Shown: positions 23,515 through 37,585 of the stretch, in pieces
Position numbering within the stretch: position 1 is the stretch's first letter
Layout: every line of letters begins with the position of its first letter
Assembly (NCBI RefSeq): GCF_054482525.1
Contig: NZ_CM137006.1
Direction: 5' to 3' (one strand)
DNA length: 64,000 nt
Notes under the pieces: model-generated
What the model saw: only the letters and a program-made list of their open reading frames with translations
Database searches by the model: none
Told to the model about the DNA's origin: nothing
Made by a program: the position numbers and the translations under genes

Positions 23515-24042
23515 TTGAGCACGACTAACCATGATCACCACATTTACGTTCTGATGGGCGTCTCAGGCAGCGGCAAATCTGCGGTCGCCAGTGAAGTGGC
23601 GCATCAACTTCATGCCGCGTTTCTTGATGGCGATTTCCTCCATCCGCGCTGCAATATCGAAAAAATGGCGTCTGGCGAACCGCTGAATGACGACGATCGC
23701 AAACCGTGGTTGCAGGCGCTGAACGACGCCGCGTTTGCTATGCAGCGCACTAATAAAGTGTCGCTGATTGTCTGTTCTGCACTGAAAAAACACTATCGCG
23801 ACCTGCTACGCGCGGGTAATCCGAATCTCTCGTTCATCTACCTGAAAGGCGATTTTGATGTGATTGAAAACCGCCTGAAAGCGCGCAAAGGCCATTTCTT
23901 TAAAACCCAAATGTTGGTGACGCAGTTTGAAACGCTGCAGGAGCCGGGTGCGGACGAAACCGATGTACTGGTGGTAGATATCGATCAACCGCTGGAAGGT
24001 GTTGTGGCAAGCACCATTGAGGTTATTAAAAAAGGCAAATAA
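23515..24042 (+). CDS. gntK: thermoresistant gluconokinase GntK
   Basis: 175 aa from a TTG start (LSTTNHDHHIYVLMGVSGSGKSAV); track ORF began at an upstream ATG. Confidence 0.88.
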   Translation: MSTTNHDHHIYVLMGVSGSGKSAVASEVAHQLHAAFLDGDFLHPRCNIEKMASGEPLNDDDRKPWLQALNDAAFAMQRTNKVSLIVCSALKKHYRDLLRAGNPNLSFIYLKGDFDVIENRLKARKGHFFKTQMLVTQFETLQEPGADETDVLVVDIDQPLEGVVASTIEVIKKGK

Positions 24043-24045
24043 GTA

Positions 24046-25386
24046 GTGACTACATTAACGCTTGTTTTAACAGCAGTAGGGTCTGTTTTACTGCTGCTGT
24101 TTTTAGTCATGAAGGCGCGTATGCACGCTTTCCTGGCTTTGATGGTGGTGTCCATGGGGGCTGGCCTTTTTTCCGGTATGCCGCTCGATAAAATCGCAGC
24201 GACGATGGAAAAAGGGATGGGAGGCACCCTCGGCTTCCTGGCGGTGGTTGTCGCCCTGGGAGCTATGTTTGGCAAGATCTTACATGAAACCGGCGCAGTC
24301 GATCAGATTGCCGTCAAAATGCTCAAATCCTTCGGTCACAGCCGCGCACATTATGCCATCGGCCTTGCGGGGCTGGTTTGTGCACTACCGCTGTTCTTTG
24401 AAGTGGCGATTGTTCTGCTGATTAGCGTTGCTTTCTCAATGGCGCGCCACACCGGTACGAACCTGGTGAAGCTGGTAATCCCATTATTCGCAGGCGTGGC
24501 GGCCGCGGCTGCGTTCCTGGTGCCTGGACCAGCGCCAATGCTGCTGGCATCGCAGATGAATGCCGACTTTGGCTGGATGATCCTGATTGGCCTGTGTGCG
24601 GCAATTCCGGGAATGATTATTGCCGGGCCGCTGTGGGGTAATTTCATCAGCCGCTACGTGGAGTTGCATATTCCTGACGACATCAGCGAACCACATCTCG
24701 GTGAAGGCAAAATGCCGTCCTTCGGATTCAGCCTGTCGCTGATCCTGTTGCCACTGGTGCTGGTGGGGCTGAAAACCATTGCCGCGCGTTTTGTGCCAGA
24801 AGGCTCTACCGCTTACGAATGGTTCGAGTTTATTGGTCATCCGTTTACCGCGATTCTGGTTGCTTGTCTGGTAGCGATTTATGGCCTGGCAATGCGTCAG
24901 GGCATGCCAAAAGACAAAGTGATGGAGATTTGCGGTCACGCGCTGCAACCGGCGGGGATCATTCTGCTGGTGATTGGTGCAGGCGGCGTGTTCAAACAGG
25001 TGCTGGTTGACTCTGGCGTAGGTCCGGCACTGGGCGAAGCGTTAACCGGCATGGGCCTGCCGATTGCCATCACCTGCTTCGTGCTGGCAGCTGCAGTGCG
25101 CATCATTCAGGGTTCTGCCACCGTTGCCTGTTTAACGGCGGTGGGACTGGTGATGCCGGTTATTGAACAACTGAACTATTCCGGAGCGCAAATGGCGGCG
25201 CTGTCGATTTGTATCGCCGGTGGTTCGATTGTTGTCAGCCACGTTAACGACGCCGGTTTCTGGTTGTTCGGTAAATTTACCGGCGCGACTGAAGCCGAAA
25301 CACTGAAAACCTGGACCATGATGGAAACCATCCTCGGCACTGTCGGTGCCATCGTTGGGATGATTGCGTTCCAGCTGTTGAGTTAA
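24046..25386 (+). CDS. gntU: low-affinity gluconate transporter GntU
   Basis: 446-aa polytopic ORF starting at GTG (MTTLTLVLTAVGSVLLLLF). Confidence 0.9.
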   Translation: MTTLTLVLTAVGSVLLLLFLVMKARMHAFLALMVVSMGAGLFSGMPLDKIAATMEKGMGGTLGFLAVVVALGAMFGKILHETGAVDQIAVKMLKSFGHSRAHYAIGLAGLVCALPLFFEVAIVLLISVAFSMARHTGTNLVKLVIPLFAGVAAAAAFLVPGPAPMLLASQMNADFGWMILIGLCAAIPGMIIAGPLWGNFISRYVELHIPDDISEPHLGEGKMPSFGFSLSLILLPLVLVGLKTIAARFVPEGSTAYEWFEFIGHPFTAILVACLVAIYGLAMRQGMPKDKVMEICGHALQPAGIILLVIGAGGVFKQVLVDSGVGPALGEALTGMGLPIAITCFVLAAAVRIIQGSATVACLTAVGLVMPVIEQLNYSGAQMAALSICIAGGSIVVSHVNDAGFWLFGKFTGATEAETLKTWTMMETILGTVGAIVGMIAFQLLS

Positions 25387-25394
25387 GTTTGTTC

Positions 25395-25427
25395 GCCCGG
25401 TAGTTGTGACGCTACCGGGCTCTTTTC
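25395..25427 (+). terminator. rho-independent terminator after gntU
   Basis: gcccggtag ... ctaccgggc stem followed by tcttttcg. Confidence 0.6.
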
Positions 25428-25442
25428 GAAAAACTCTCCTCG

Positions 25443-26036
25443 TTACCCCTTCATCCACATTCGAATGCCGTCGAGGAACATCTGAGTTGCCATCATCACC
25501 AGAATCAATCCCATCAGGCGTTCAAGTGCGTTCACCCCTTTCTCGCCCAGCAGACGTAAAAATAGCGAAGACTGTAGCAGGATGACAAAGGTGCCGCCCC
25601 AGGCCAGTAGCAGAGCAATTACCAGATGTCCCATCTGATTCGGGTACTGATGAGACAACAACATCAGCGTGGCGAGAATAGTCGGCCCGGCGACTAACGG
25701 AATTGCCAACGGCACGATAAACGGCTCTTCACCTGCCGGAAGCCCGCTGCTATTTCCTGAAGCACTGGGGAAAATCATCTTAATGGCGATCAGAAACAGA
25801 ATGATGCCGCCAGAAATGGAGACGGTTTCTGCCCGCAGGCTAAGAAATGCCAGAATTTTCTCACCCGCAAACAGGAACACCAGCATCACCAGGAGAGCAA
25901 TAAGCAACTCTCGCACCATGATTGCCCGCCGTCTTTTCGGTTCAGTATGTTTCAGTACGGACATGAAAATAGGTAGGTTTCCGAGCGGATCCATAATCAG
26001 GATCAATAAAACTGCTGCAGAAATGATTTCATTCAT
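25443..26036 (-). CDS. yhgN: MarC-family inner membrane protein YhgN
   Basis: 197-aa ORF MNEIISAAVLLILIMDPLGNLPIF. Confidence 0.88.
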   Translation of the reverse strand: MNEIISAAVLLILIMDPLGNLPIFMSVLKHTEPKRRRAIMVRELLIALLVMLVFLFAGEKILAFLSLRAETVSISGGIILFLIAIKMIFPSASGNSSGLPAGEEPFIVPLAIPLVAGPTILATLMLLSHQYPNQMGHLVIALLLAWGGTFVILLQSSLFLRLLGEKGVNALERLMGLILVMMATQMFLDGIRMWMKG

Positions 26037-26227
26037 AACTCAAATTCCCTGATAATTGCCGCGGACTTTCTGCGTGCTAACAAAGCAGGATAAGTCGCAT
26101 TACTGATGGCTTCGCTATCATTGATTAATTTCACTTGCGACTTTGGCTGCTTTTTGTATGGTGAAAGATGTGCCAAGAGGAGACCGGCACATTTATACAG
26201 CACACATCTTTGCAGGAAAAAACGCTT

Positions 26228-27331
26228 ATGAAAAATGTTGGTTTTATCGGCTGGCGCGGTATGGTCGGCTCCGTTCTCATGCAACGCATGGTTGAAGAGC
26301 GCGACTTCGACGCCATTCGCCCTGTCTTCTTTTCTACTTCTCAGCTTGGTCAGGCTGCGCCGTCTTTTGGCGGAACCACTGGCACACTTCAGGATGCCTT
26401 TGATCTGGAGGCGCTAAAGGCCCTCGATATCATTGTGACCTGTCAGGGCGGCGATTATACCAACGAAATCTATCCAAAGCTTCGTGAAAGCGGATGGCAA
26501 GGTTACTGGATTGACGCAGCATCATCTCTGCGCATGAAAGATGACGCCATCATCATTCTTGACCCCGTCAATCAGGACGTCATTACCGACGGATTAAATA
26601 ATGGCATCAGGACTTTTGTTGGCGGTAACTGTACCGTAAGCCTGATGTTGATGTCGTTGGGTGGTTTATTCGCCAATGATCTTGTTGATTGGGTGTCCGT
26701 TGCAACCTACCAGGCCGCTTCCGGCGGTGGTGCGCGACATATGCGTGAGTTATTAACCCAGATGGGCCATCTGTATAGCCATGTGGCAGATGAACTCGCG
26801 ACCCCGTCCTCTGCTATTCTCGATATCGAACGCAAAGTCACAACCTTAACCCGTAGCGGTGAGCTGCCGGTGGATAACTTTGGCGTGCCGCTGGCGGGTA
26901 GCCTGATTCCGTGGATCGACAAACAGCTTGATAACGGTCAGAGCCGCGAAGAGTGGAAAGGGCAGGCGGAAACCAACAAGATCCTCAACACATCTTCCGT
27001 AATTCCGGTAGATGGTTTATGTGTGCGTGTCGGGGCATTGCGCTGCCACAGCCAGGCATTCACTATTAAATTGAAAAAAGATGTGTCTATTCCGACCGTG
27101 GAAGAACTGCTGGCTGCGCACAATCCGTGGGCGAAAGTCGTTCCGAACGATCGGGAAATCACTATGCGTGAGCTAACCCCAGCTGCCGTTACCGGCACGC
27201 TGACCACGCCGGTAGGCCGCCTGCGTAAGCTGAATATGGGACCAGAGTTCCTGTCAGCCTTTACCGTGGGCGACCAGCTGCTGTGGGGGGCCGCGGAGCC
27301 GCTACGTCGGATGCTTCGTCAACTGGCGTAA
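26228..27331 (+). CDS. asd: aspartate-semialdehyde dehydrogenase
   Basis: Track ORF 26168..27331 trimmed to [17 protein letters not shown] (367 aa). Confidence 0.94.
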   Translation: MKNVGFIGWRGMVGSVLMQRMVEERDFDAIRPVFFSTSQLGQAAPSFGGTTGTLQDAFDLEALKALDIIVTCQGGDYTNEIYPKLRESGWQGYWIDAASSLRMKDDAIIILDPVNQDVITDGLNNGIRTFVGGNCTVSLMLMSLGGLFANDLVDWVSVATYQAASGGGARHMRELLTQMGHLYSHVADELATPSSAILDIERKVTTLTRSGELPVDNFGVPLAGSLIPWIDKQLDNGQSREEWKGQAETNKILNTSSVIPVDGLCVRVGALRCHSQAFTIKLKKDVSIPTVEELLAAHNPWAKVVPNDREITMRELTPAAVTGTLTTPVGRLRKLNMGPEFLSAFTVGDQLLWGAAEPLRRMLRQLA

Positions 27332-27603
27332 TCTTTATTCATTAAATCTGGGGCGCGATGCCGCCCCTGTTAGTGCGTAATACAGGAGTAAGCGCAGATG
27401 TTTCATGATTTACCGGGAGTTAAATAGAGCATTGGCTATTCTTTAAGGGTGGCTGAATACATGAGTATTCACAGCCTTACCTGAAGTGAGGACGACGCAG
27501 AGAGGATGCACAGAGTGCTGCGCCGTTCAGGTCAAAAAAATGTCACAACCAGAAGTCAAAAATCCAGTTGGATGGGGTGACACAATAAAACAGGAAGACA
27601 AGC

Positions 27604-29790
27604 ATGTCCGATCGTATCGATAGAGACGTGATTAACGCGCTAATTGCAGGCCATTTTGCGGATCCTTTTTCCGTACTGGGAATGCATAAAACCACCGCGG
27701 GACTGGAAGTCCGTGCCCTTTTACCCGACGCTACCGATGTGTGGGTGATTGAACCGAAAACCGGGCGCAAACTCGCAAAACTGGAGTGTCTCGACTCCCG
27801 TGGATTCTTTAGCGGTGTCATTCCGCGACGTAAGAATTTTTTCCGCTATCAACTGGCTGTTGTCTGGCATGGTCAGCAAAACCTGATAGATGATCCTTAC
27901 CGTTTTGGTCCGCTAATCCAGGAAATGGATGCCTGGCTATTATCTGAAGGTACTCACCTGCGCCCGTATGAAACCTTAGGCGCGCATGCAGATACTATGG
28001 ATGGCGTCACAGGTACGCGTTTTTCTGTCTGGGCTCCAAACGCCCGTCGGGTCTCGGTGGTTGGGCAATTCAACTACTGGGACGGTCGCCGTCATCCGAT
28101 GCGCCTGCGTAAAGAGAGCGGCATCTGGGAACTGTTTATCCCTGGTGCGCATAACGGTCAGCTCTATAAATATGAGATGATTGATGCTAATGGCAACTTG
28201 CGTCTGAAGTCCGACCCTTATGCCTTCGAAGCGCAAATGCGCCCGGAAACCGCGTCTCTTATTTGCGGGCTACCGGAAAAGGTTGTGCAGACTGAAGAGC
28301 GCAAAAAAGCGAATCAGTTTGATGCGCCAATCTCTATTTATGAAGTTCACCTGGGCTCCTGGCGTCGCCACACCGACAACAATTTCTGGTTAAGCTACCG
28401 CGAGCTGGCCGATCAACTGGTGCCTTATGCTAAATGGATGGGCTTTACCCACCTCGAACTGCTGCCCATTAACGAGCATCCGTTCGATGGCAGTTGGGGT
28501 TATCAGCCAACCGGCCTGTATGCACCGACCCGCCGTTTTGGTACCCGCGACGACTTCCGTTATTTCATTGATGCCGCACACGCAGCTGGTCTGAACGTGA
28601 TTCTCGACTGGGTGCCAGGCCACTTCCCGACCGATGACTTTGCGCTTGCCGAATTTGATGGCACGAACTTGTATGAACACAGCGATCCGCGCGAAGGCTA
28701 TCATCAGGACTGGAATACGCTGATCTACAACTATGGTCGCCGTGAAGTCAGTAACTTCCTTGTCGGTAACGCGCTTTACTGGATTGAACGTTTTGGTATT
28801 GATGCGCTGCGCGTCGATGCGGTGGCGTCAATGATTTATCGCGACTACAGCCGTAAAGAGGGGGAGTGGATCCCGAACGAATTTGGCGGGCGCGAGAATC
28901 TTGAAGCGATTGAATTCTTGCGTAATACCAACCGTATTCTTGGTGAGCAGGTTTCCGGTGCGGTGACAATGGCGGAGGAGTCTACCGATTTCCCTGGCGT
29001 TTCTCGTCCGCAGGACATGGGCGGTCTGGGCTTCTGGTACAAGTGGAACCTAGGCTGGATGCATGACACCCTGGACTACATGAAGCTCGACCCGGTTTAT
29101 CGTCAGTATCATCACGATAAACTGACCTTCGGGATGCTCTACAACTACACTGAAAACTTCGTCCTGCCGTTGTCGCATGATGAAGTGGTCCACGGTAAAA
29201 AATCGATTCTCGACCGGATGCCGGGCGACGCATGGCAGAAATTCGCTAACCTGCGCGCCTACTACGGCTGGATGTGGGCATTCCCGGGCAAGAAATTGCT
29301 GTTCATGGGGAACGAATTTGCCCAGGGCCGCGAGTGGAACCATGACGCCAGCCTCGACTGGCATCTGTTGGAAGGCGGCGATAACTGGCACCACGGTGTC
29401 CAGCGTCTGGTGCGCGATCTGAACCTCACCTACCGCCACCATAAAGCAATGCATGAACTGGATTTTGACCCGTACGGCTTTGAATGGCTGGTGGTGGATG
29501 ACAAAGAACGCTCGGTGCTGATCTTTGTGCGTCGCGATAAAGAGGGTAACGAAATCATCGTTGCCAGTAACTTTACTCCGGTGCCGCGTCATGATTATCG
29601 CTTCGGCATTAACCAGCCGGGCAAATGGCGTGAAATCCTCAATACCGATTCCATGCACTATCACGGCAGTAATGCCGGCAATGGCGGCACGGTACACAGC
29701 GATGAGATTGCCAGCCACGGTCGTCAGCATTCACTAAGCCTGACACTACCACCGCTGGCCACTATCTGGCTGGTTCGGGAGGCAGAATGA
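27604..29790 (+). CDS. glgB: 1,4-alpha-glucan branching enzyme GlgB
   Basis: 728-aa [31 protein letters not shown]. Confidence 0.96.
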   Translation: MSDRIDRDVINALIAGHFADPFSVLGMHKTTAGLEVRALLPDATDVWVIEPKTGRKLAKLECLDSRGFFSGVIPRRKNFFRYQLAVVWHGQQNLIDDPYRFGPLIQEMDAWLLSEGTHLRPYETLGAHADTMDGVTGTRFSVWAPNARRVSVVGQFNYWDGRRHPMRLRKESGIWELFIPGAHNGQLYKYEMIDANGNLRLKSDPYAFEAQMRPETASLICGLPEKVVQTEERKKANQFDAPISIYEVHLGSWRRHTDNNFWLSYRELADQLVPYAKWMGFTHLELLPINEHPFDGSWGYQPTGLYAPTRRFGTRDDFRYFIDAAHAAGLNVILDWVPGHFPTDDFALAEFDGTNLYEHSDPREGYHQDWNTLIYNYGRREVSNFLVGNALYWIERFGIDALRVDAVASMIYRDYSRKEGEWIPNEFGGRENLEAIEFLRNTNRILGEQVSGAVTMAEESTDFPGVSRPQDMGGLGFWYKWNLGWMHDTLDYMKLDPVYRQYHHDKLTFGMLYNYTENFVLPLSHDEVVHGKKSILDRMPGDAWQKFANLRAYYGWMWAFPGKKLLFMGNEFAQGREWNHDASLDWHLLEGGDNWHHGVQRLVRDLNLTYRHHKAMHELDFDPYGFEWLVVDDKERSVLIFVRRDKEGNEIIVASNFTPVPRHDYRFGINQPGKWREILNTDSMHYHGSNAGNGGTVHSDEIASHGRQHSLSLTLPPLATIWLVREAE

Positions 29791-31760
29791 CACAACTCGC
29801 CATTGGCAAACCCGCACCCCTCGGCGCGCATTACGACGGTCAGGGCGTCAACTTCACACTTTTCTCCGCTCATGCCGAGCGGGTAGAACTGTGTATCTTT
29901 GACGCCAATGGCCAGGAACATCGCTATGACTTGCCAGGGCACAGTGGCGACATTTGGCACGGTTATCTGCCGGATGCGCGTCCGGGTTTGCGTTATGGTT
30001 ATCGCGTTCATGGCCCCTGGCAACCCGCCGAGGGGCATCGCTTTAACCCGGCGAAGTTGTTGATTGATCCTTGCGCGCGGCAAATTGACGGGGAATTTAA
30101 AGATAACCCGCTGCTGCACGCCGGTCATAATGAACCTGACTATCGCGACAACGCCGCCATTGCGCCGAAATGCGTAGTGGTGGTTGATCACTATGACTGG
30201 GAGGATGATGCTCCGCCGCGCACGCCGTGGGGCAGTACCATCATTTATGAAGCCCATGTCAAAGGATTAACGTACCTGCACCCGGAGATCCCGGTCGAGA
30301 TCCGTGGCACTTATAAAGCCCTGGGGCATCCGGTGATGATCAACTATTTGAAACAGTTGGGCATTACCGCGCTGGAACTGCTGCCGGTGGCGCAGTTTGC
30401 CAGCGAACCACGCCTGCAACGTATGGGTCTAAGTAACTACTGGGGTTATAACCCGGTGGCGATGTTTGCGCTGCATCCGGCGTATGCCTGCTCCCCAGAA
30501 ACGGCGCTGGATGAGTTTCGCGATGCAATCAAAGCACTGCATAAAGCGGGTATCGAAGTCATTCTTGATATCGTGCTCAACCATAGTGCGGAACTGGACC
30601 TCGACGGCCCGTTATTCTCTCTGCGTGGGATCGACAACCGTAGCTATTATTGGATAAGAGAAGACGGCAATTATCACAACTGGACCGGTTGTGGCAACAC
30701 GCTCAATTTGAGTCATCCGGCGGTGGTGGATTATGCCAGCGCCTGCCTGCGTTATTGGGTAGAAACCTGCCACGTCGATGGTTTCCGCTTTGATCTGGCG
30801 GCAGTCATGGGCCGTACGCCAGAGTTCCGTCAGGATGCGCCGTTGTTTACCGCTATCCAGAACTGCCCGGTGCTCTCGCAGGTGAAGTTAATTGCTGAAC
30901 CGTGGGATATTGCTCCTGGTGGTTATCAGGTGGGAAATTTCCCGCCGCTGTTTGCCGAGTGGAACGATCATTTCCGCGATGCTGCCCGTCGTTTCTGGCT
31001 TCATTATGATTTGCCTCTGGGGGCGTTTGCCGGGCGTTTTGCTGCCTCCAGCGATGTTTTTAAACGTAATGGTCGTCTGCCGAGTGCCGCGATTAATCTC
31101 GTCACCGCGCATGACGGTTTTACGCTTCGCGACTGCGTTTGCTTCAACCATAAACATAATGAAGCAAACGGAGAAGAAAATCGCGACGGGACCAACAACA
31201 ATTACAGTAACAATCATGGTAAAGAAGGGTTAGGCGGTACTCTTGACCTGGTTGAACGGCGTCGCGACAGCATTCACGCCCTGTTAACAACGTTGTTGCT
31301 CTCCCAGGGTACGCCGATGTTACTGGCCGGTGACGAACATGGTCACAGCCAGCATGGCAATAACAATGCCTACTGTCAGGATAACCAATTAACCTGGTTG
31401 GACTGGTCGCAGGCAAGCAGTGGTTTAACCGCATTTACCGCCGCGTTAATCCATCTGCGCAAGCGCATTCCCGCTTTGGTGGAGAATCGCTGGTGGGAAG
31501 AAGGCGACGGCAATGTCCGTTGGCTAAATCGATATGCTCAACCTTTAAGCACGGATGAGTGGCAAAACGGGCCGAAACAGCTGCAAATTCTGCTCTCGGA
31601 TCGCTTTTTGATCGCAATTAACGCCACGCTTGAGGTAACAGAGATTGTTTTACCTGCTGGGGAGTGGCACGCCATTCCCCCATTCGCTGGAGAGGATAAC
31701 CCAGTGATTACGGCTGTCTGGCAGGGACCTGCACACGGATTGTGTGTGTTCCAGAGATGA
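29787..31760 (+). CDS. glgX: glycogen debranching enzyme GlgX
   Basis: 657 aa; ATGA overlap with glgB. Confidence 0.95.
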
Positions 31761-31777
31761 TAAAAAAGGAGTTAGTC

Positions 31778-33073
31778 ATGGTTAGTTTAGAGAAGAACGA
31801 TCACTTAATGTTGGCGCGCCAGCTGCCATTGAAATCTGTTGCCCTGATACTGGCGGGAGGACGTGGTACCCGCCTGAAGGATTTAACCAATAAGCGAGCA
31901 AAACCGGCCGTACACTTCGGCGGTAAGTTCCGCATTATCGACTTTGCGCTGTCTAACTGCATCAACTCCGGGATCCGTCGTATGGGCGTGATCACCCAGT
32001 ACCAGTCCCACACTCTGGTGCAGCACATTCAGCGCGGCTGGTCATTCTTCAATGAAGAAATGAACGAGTTTGTCGATCTGCTGCCAGCACAGCAGAGAAT
32101 GAAAGGGGAAAACTGGTATCGCGGCACCGCAGATGCAGTTACCCAAAACCTCGACATTATCCGCCGTTATAAAGCGGAATACGTGGTGATCCTGGCGGGC
32201 GACCATATCTACAAGCAAGACTACTCGCGTATGCTTATCGACCACGTCGAAAAAGGCGCACGTTGCACCGTTGCTTGTATGCCAGTACCGATTGAAGAAG
32301 CCTCCGCATTTGGCGTTATGGCGGTTGATGAGAACGATAAAATTATCGAATTCGTTGAAAAACCAGCTAACCCGCCGTCAATGCCGAACGATCCGAGCAA
32401 ATCTCTGGCGAGTATGGGTATCTACGTCTTTGACGCCGACTATCTGTATGAACTGCTGGAAGAAGACGATCGCGATGAGAACTCCAGCCACGACTTTGGC
32501 AAAGATTTGATTCCCAAGATCACCGAAGCCGGTCTGGCCTATGCGCACCCGTTCCCGCTCTCTTGCGTACAATCCGACCCGGATGCCGAGCCGTACTGGC
32601 GCGATGTGGGTACGCTGGAAGCTTACTGGAAAGCGAACCTCGATCTGGCCTCTGTGGTGCCAGAACTGGATATGTACGATCGCAATTGGCCAATTCGCAC
32701 CTACAATGAATCATTACCGCCAGCGAAATTCGTGCAGGATCGCTCCGGTAGCCACGGGATGACCCTTAACTCACTGGTATCCGGCGGTTGTGTGATCTCC
32801 GGTTCGGTGGTGGTGCAGTCCGTTCTGTTCTCGCGCGTTCGCGTGAATTCATTCTGCAACATTGATTCCGCCGTATTGTTACCGGAAGTATGGGTAGGTC
32901 GCTCGTGCCGTCTGCGCCGCTGCGTCATCGATCGTGCTTGTGTTATTCCGGAAGGCATGGTGATTGGTGAAAACGCAGAGGAAGATGCACGTCGTTTCTA
33001 TCGTTCAGAAGAAGGCATCGTGCTGGTAACGCGCGAAATGCTACGGAAGTTAGGGCATAAACAGGAGCGATAA
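31778..33073 (+). CDS. glgC: glucose-1-phosphate adenylyltransferase GlgC
   Basis: Track ORF 31742..33073 trimmed to [33 protein letters not shown] (431 aa). Confidence 0.94.
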
Positions 33074-34506
33074 TGCAGGTTTTACATGTATGTTCAGAGA
33101 TGTTCCCGCTGCTTAAAACCGGCGGTCTGGCTGATGTTATTGGGGCATTACCCGCAGCACAAATCGCAGACGGCGTTGACGCTCGCGTACTGTTGCCTGC
33201 ATTTCCCGATATTCGCCGTGGCGTGACCGATGCGCAGGTAGTATCCCGTCGTGATACCTTCGCCGGACATATCACGCTGTTGTTCGGTCATTACAACGGG
33301 GTTGGCATTTACCTGATTGACGCGCCGCATCTCTATGATCGTCCGGGAAGCCCGTATCACGATACCAACTTATTTGCCTATACCGACAACGTATTGCGTT
33401 TTGCGCTGCTGGGGTGGGTTGGGGCAGAAATGGCCAGCGGGCTTGACCCATTCTGGCGTCCTGATGTGGTGCATGCGCACGACTGGCATGCAGGCCTTGC
33501 GCCTGCGTATCTGGCGGCGCGCGGGCGTCCGGCGAAGTCGGTGTTTACTGTGCACAACCTGGCCTATCAAGGCATGTTTTATGCACATCACATGAATGAC
33601 ATCCAATTGCCATGGTCATTCTTTAATATTCATGGGCTGGAATTCAACGGACAAATCTCTTTTCTGAAGGCCGGTCTGTACTATGCCGATCACATTACGG
33701 CAGTCAGTCCAACCTACGCTCGCGAGATCACCGAACCGCAGTTTGCCTACGGTATGGAAGGTCTGTTGCAACAGCGTCACCGTGAAGGGCGTCTTTCCGG
33801 CGTACTGAACGGCGTGGACGAGAAAATCTGGAGTCCAGAGACGGACTTACTGTTGGCCTCGCGTTACACCCGCGATACGTTGGAAGATAAAGCGGAAAAT
33901 AAGCGCCAGTTACAAATCGCAATGGGGCTTAAGGTTGACGATAAAGTGCCGCTTTTTGCAGTGGTGAGCCGTCTGACCAGCCAGAAAGGTCTCGACCTGG
34001 TGCTGGAGGCCTTACCGGGTCTTCTGGAGCAGGGCGGGCAACTGGCGCTACTCGGCGCGGGCGATCCGGTGCTGCAGGAAGGTTTCCTTGCGGCGGCAGC
34101 GGAATACCCCGGCCAGGTGGGCGTTCAGATTGGCTATCACGAAGCATTTTCGCATCGCATTATGGGCGGCGCGGACGTCATTCTGGTGCCCAGCCGTTTT
34201 GAACCGTGCGGCTTAACGCAACTTTATGGATTGAAGTACGGTACGCTGCCGTTAGTGCGGCGCACCGGTGGGCTTGCTGATACGGTTTCTGACTGTTCTC
34301 TTGAGAACCTTGCAGATGGCGTCGCCAGTGGGTTTGTCTTTGAAGATAGTAATGCCTGGTCGCTGTTACGTGCTATTCGACGTGCTTTTGTACTGTGGTC
34401 CCGTCCTTCACTGTGGCGGTTTGTGCAACGTCAGGCTATGGCAATGGATTTTAGCTGGCAGGTCGCGGCGAAGTCGTACCGTGAGCTTTACTATCGCTTG
34501 AAATAG
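33073..34506 (+). CDS. glgA: glycogen synthase GlgA
   Basis: 477-aa [25 protein letters not shown]; 1-nt overlap with the glgC stop. Confidence 0.96.
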
Positions 34507-36972
<2,466 letters not shown>

Positions 36973-36988
36973 TTTTACTAATAAATAG

Positions 36989-37017
36989 AACGGGGCCAAA
37001 GGGTCCCGTTTTTTTCG
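36989..37017 (+). terminator. rho-independent terminator after glgP
   Basis: aacggggcc aaa gggtcccgtt followed by tttttttcg. Confidence 0.7.
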
Positions 37018-37087
37018 CCATCATTTCGGAAAAGTGTCCAGAAGGGGCAAGGGGACTCGGGGAGTATAATTTCGCCATTCAGAAAGA

Positions 37088-37381
37088 ATGGAAAGAATAA
37101 TGCAAAACAGAAAATGGATTTTGACCTCGCTGGTAATGACTTTTTTCGGCATCCCCATTCTGGCGCAGTTTTTGGCGGCGGTTATTGCCATGCTGGGGGC
37201 CGGGCTTGCCGCTATTCTTGAGTTTTGCAATTTACTCTTAACGCCAACAATTTATCTTCTACTCAACGTCTTTATGCTGACGCTGGGCGCATTACTGCTA
37301 TTTTTCTCTGGGCGAGTGGGTAATGTGTCTGAGTTTTGTTACGTTGGGAATAATGGCGTGGGCTTTGCGGTAATTCCCTGA
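37088..37381 (+). CDS. small hydrophobic hypothetical protein (yzgL-like position between glgP and glpD)
   Basis: 97-aa ORF MERIMQNRKWILTSLVMTFFGIPILAQFLAAVIAMLGAG; no motif recognised. Confidence 0.35.
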   Translation: MERIMQNRKWILTSLVMTFFGIPILAQFLAAVIAMLGAGLAAILEFCNLLLTPTIYLLLNVFMLTLGALLLFFSGRVGNVSEFCYVGNNGVGFAVIP

Positions 37382-37424
37382 ATTAAAAAGTAGGTTAGAT
37401 TTTTGACAAAGTGCGCTTTGTCCA

Positions 37425-37522
37425 TGCCGGATGCGACGTGAACGTCTTATTGGCCTACAAAATCATGCAAATTCAATACATTGCATAAGCCACGTAGGCC
37501 TGATAAGCGTAGCGCATCAGGC
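37425..37522. repeat. BIME: two inverted REP/PU copies
   Basis: gccggatgcgacgtgaacgtcttattggcctac ... gtaggcctgataagcgtagcgcatcaggc. Confidence 0.8.
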
Positions 37523-37585
37523 AATTTTGTATTTGTCATCAGTCTCAGACCAGATCGAAATCTGACCTGACCACCTTACGTTAAA

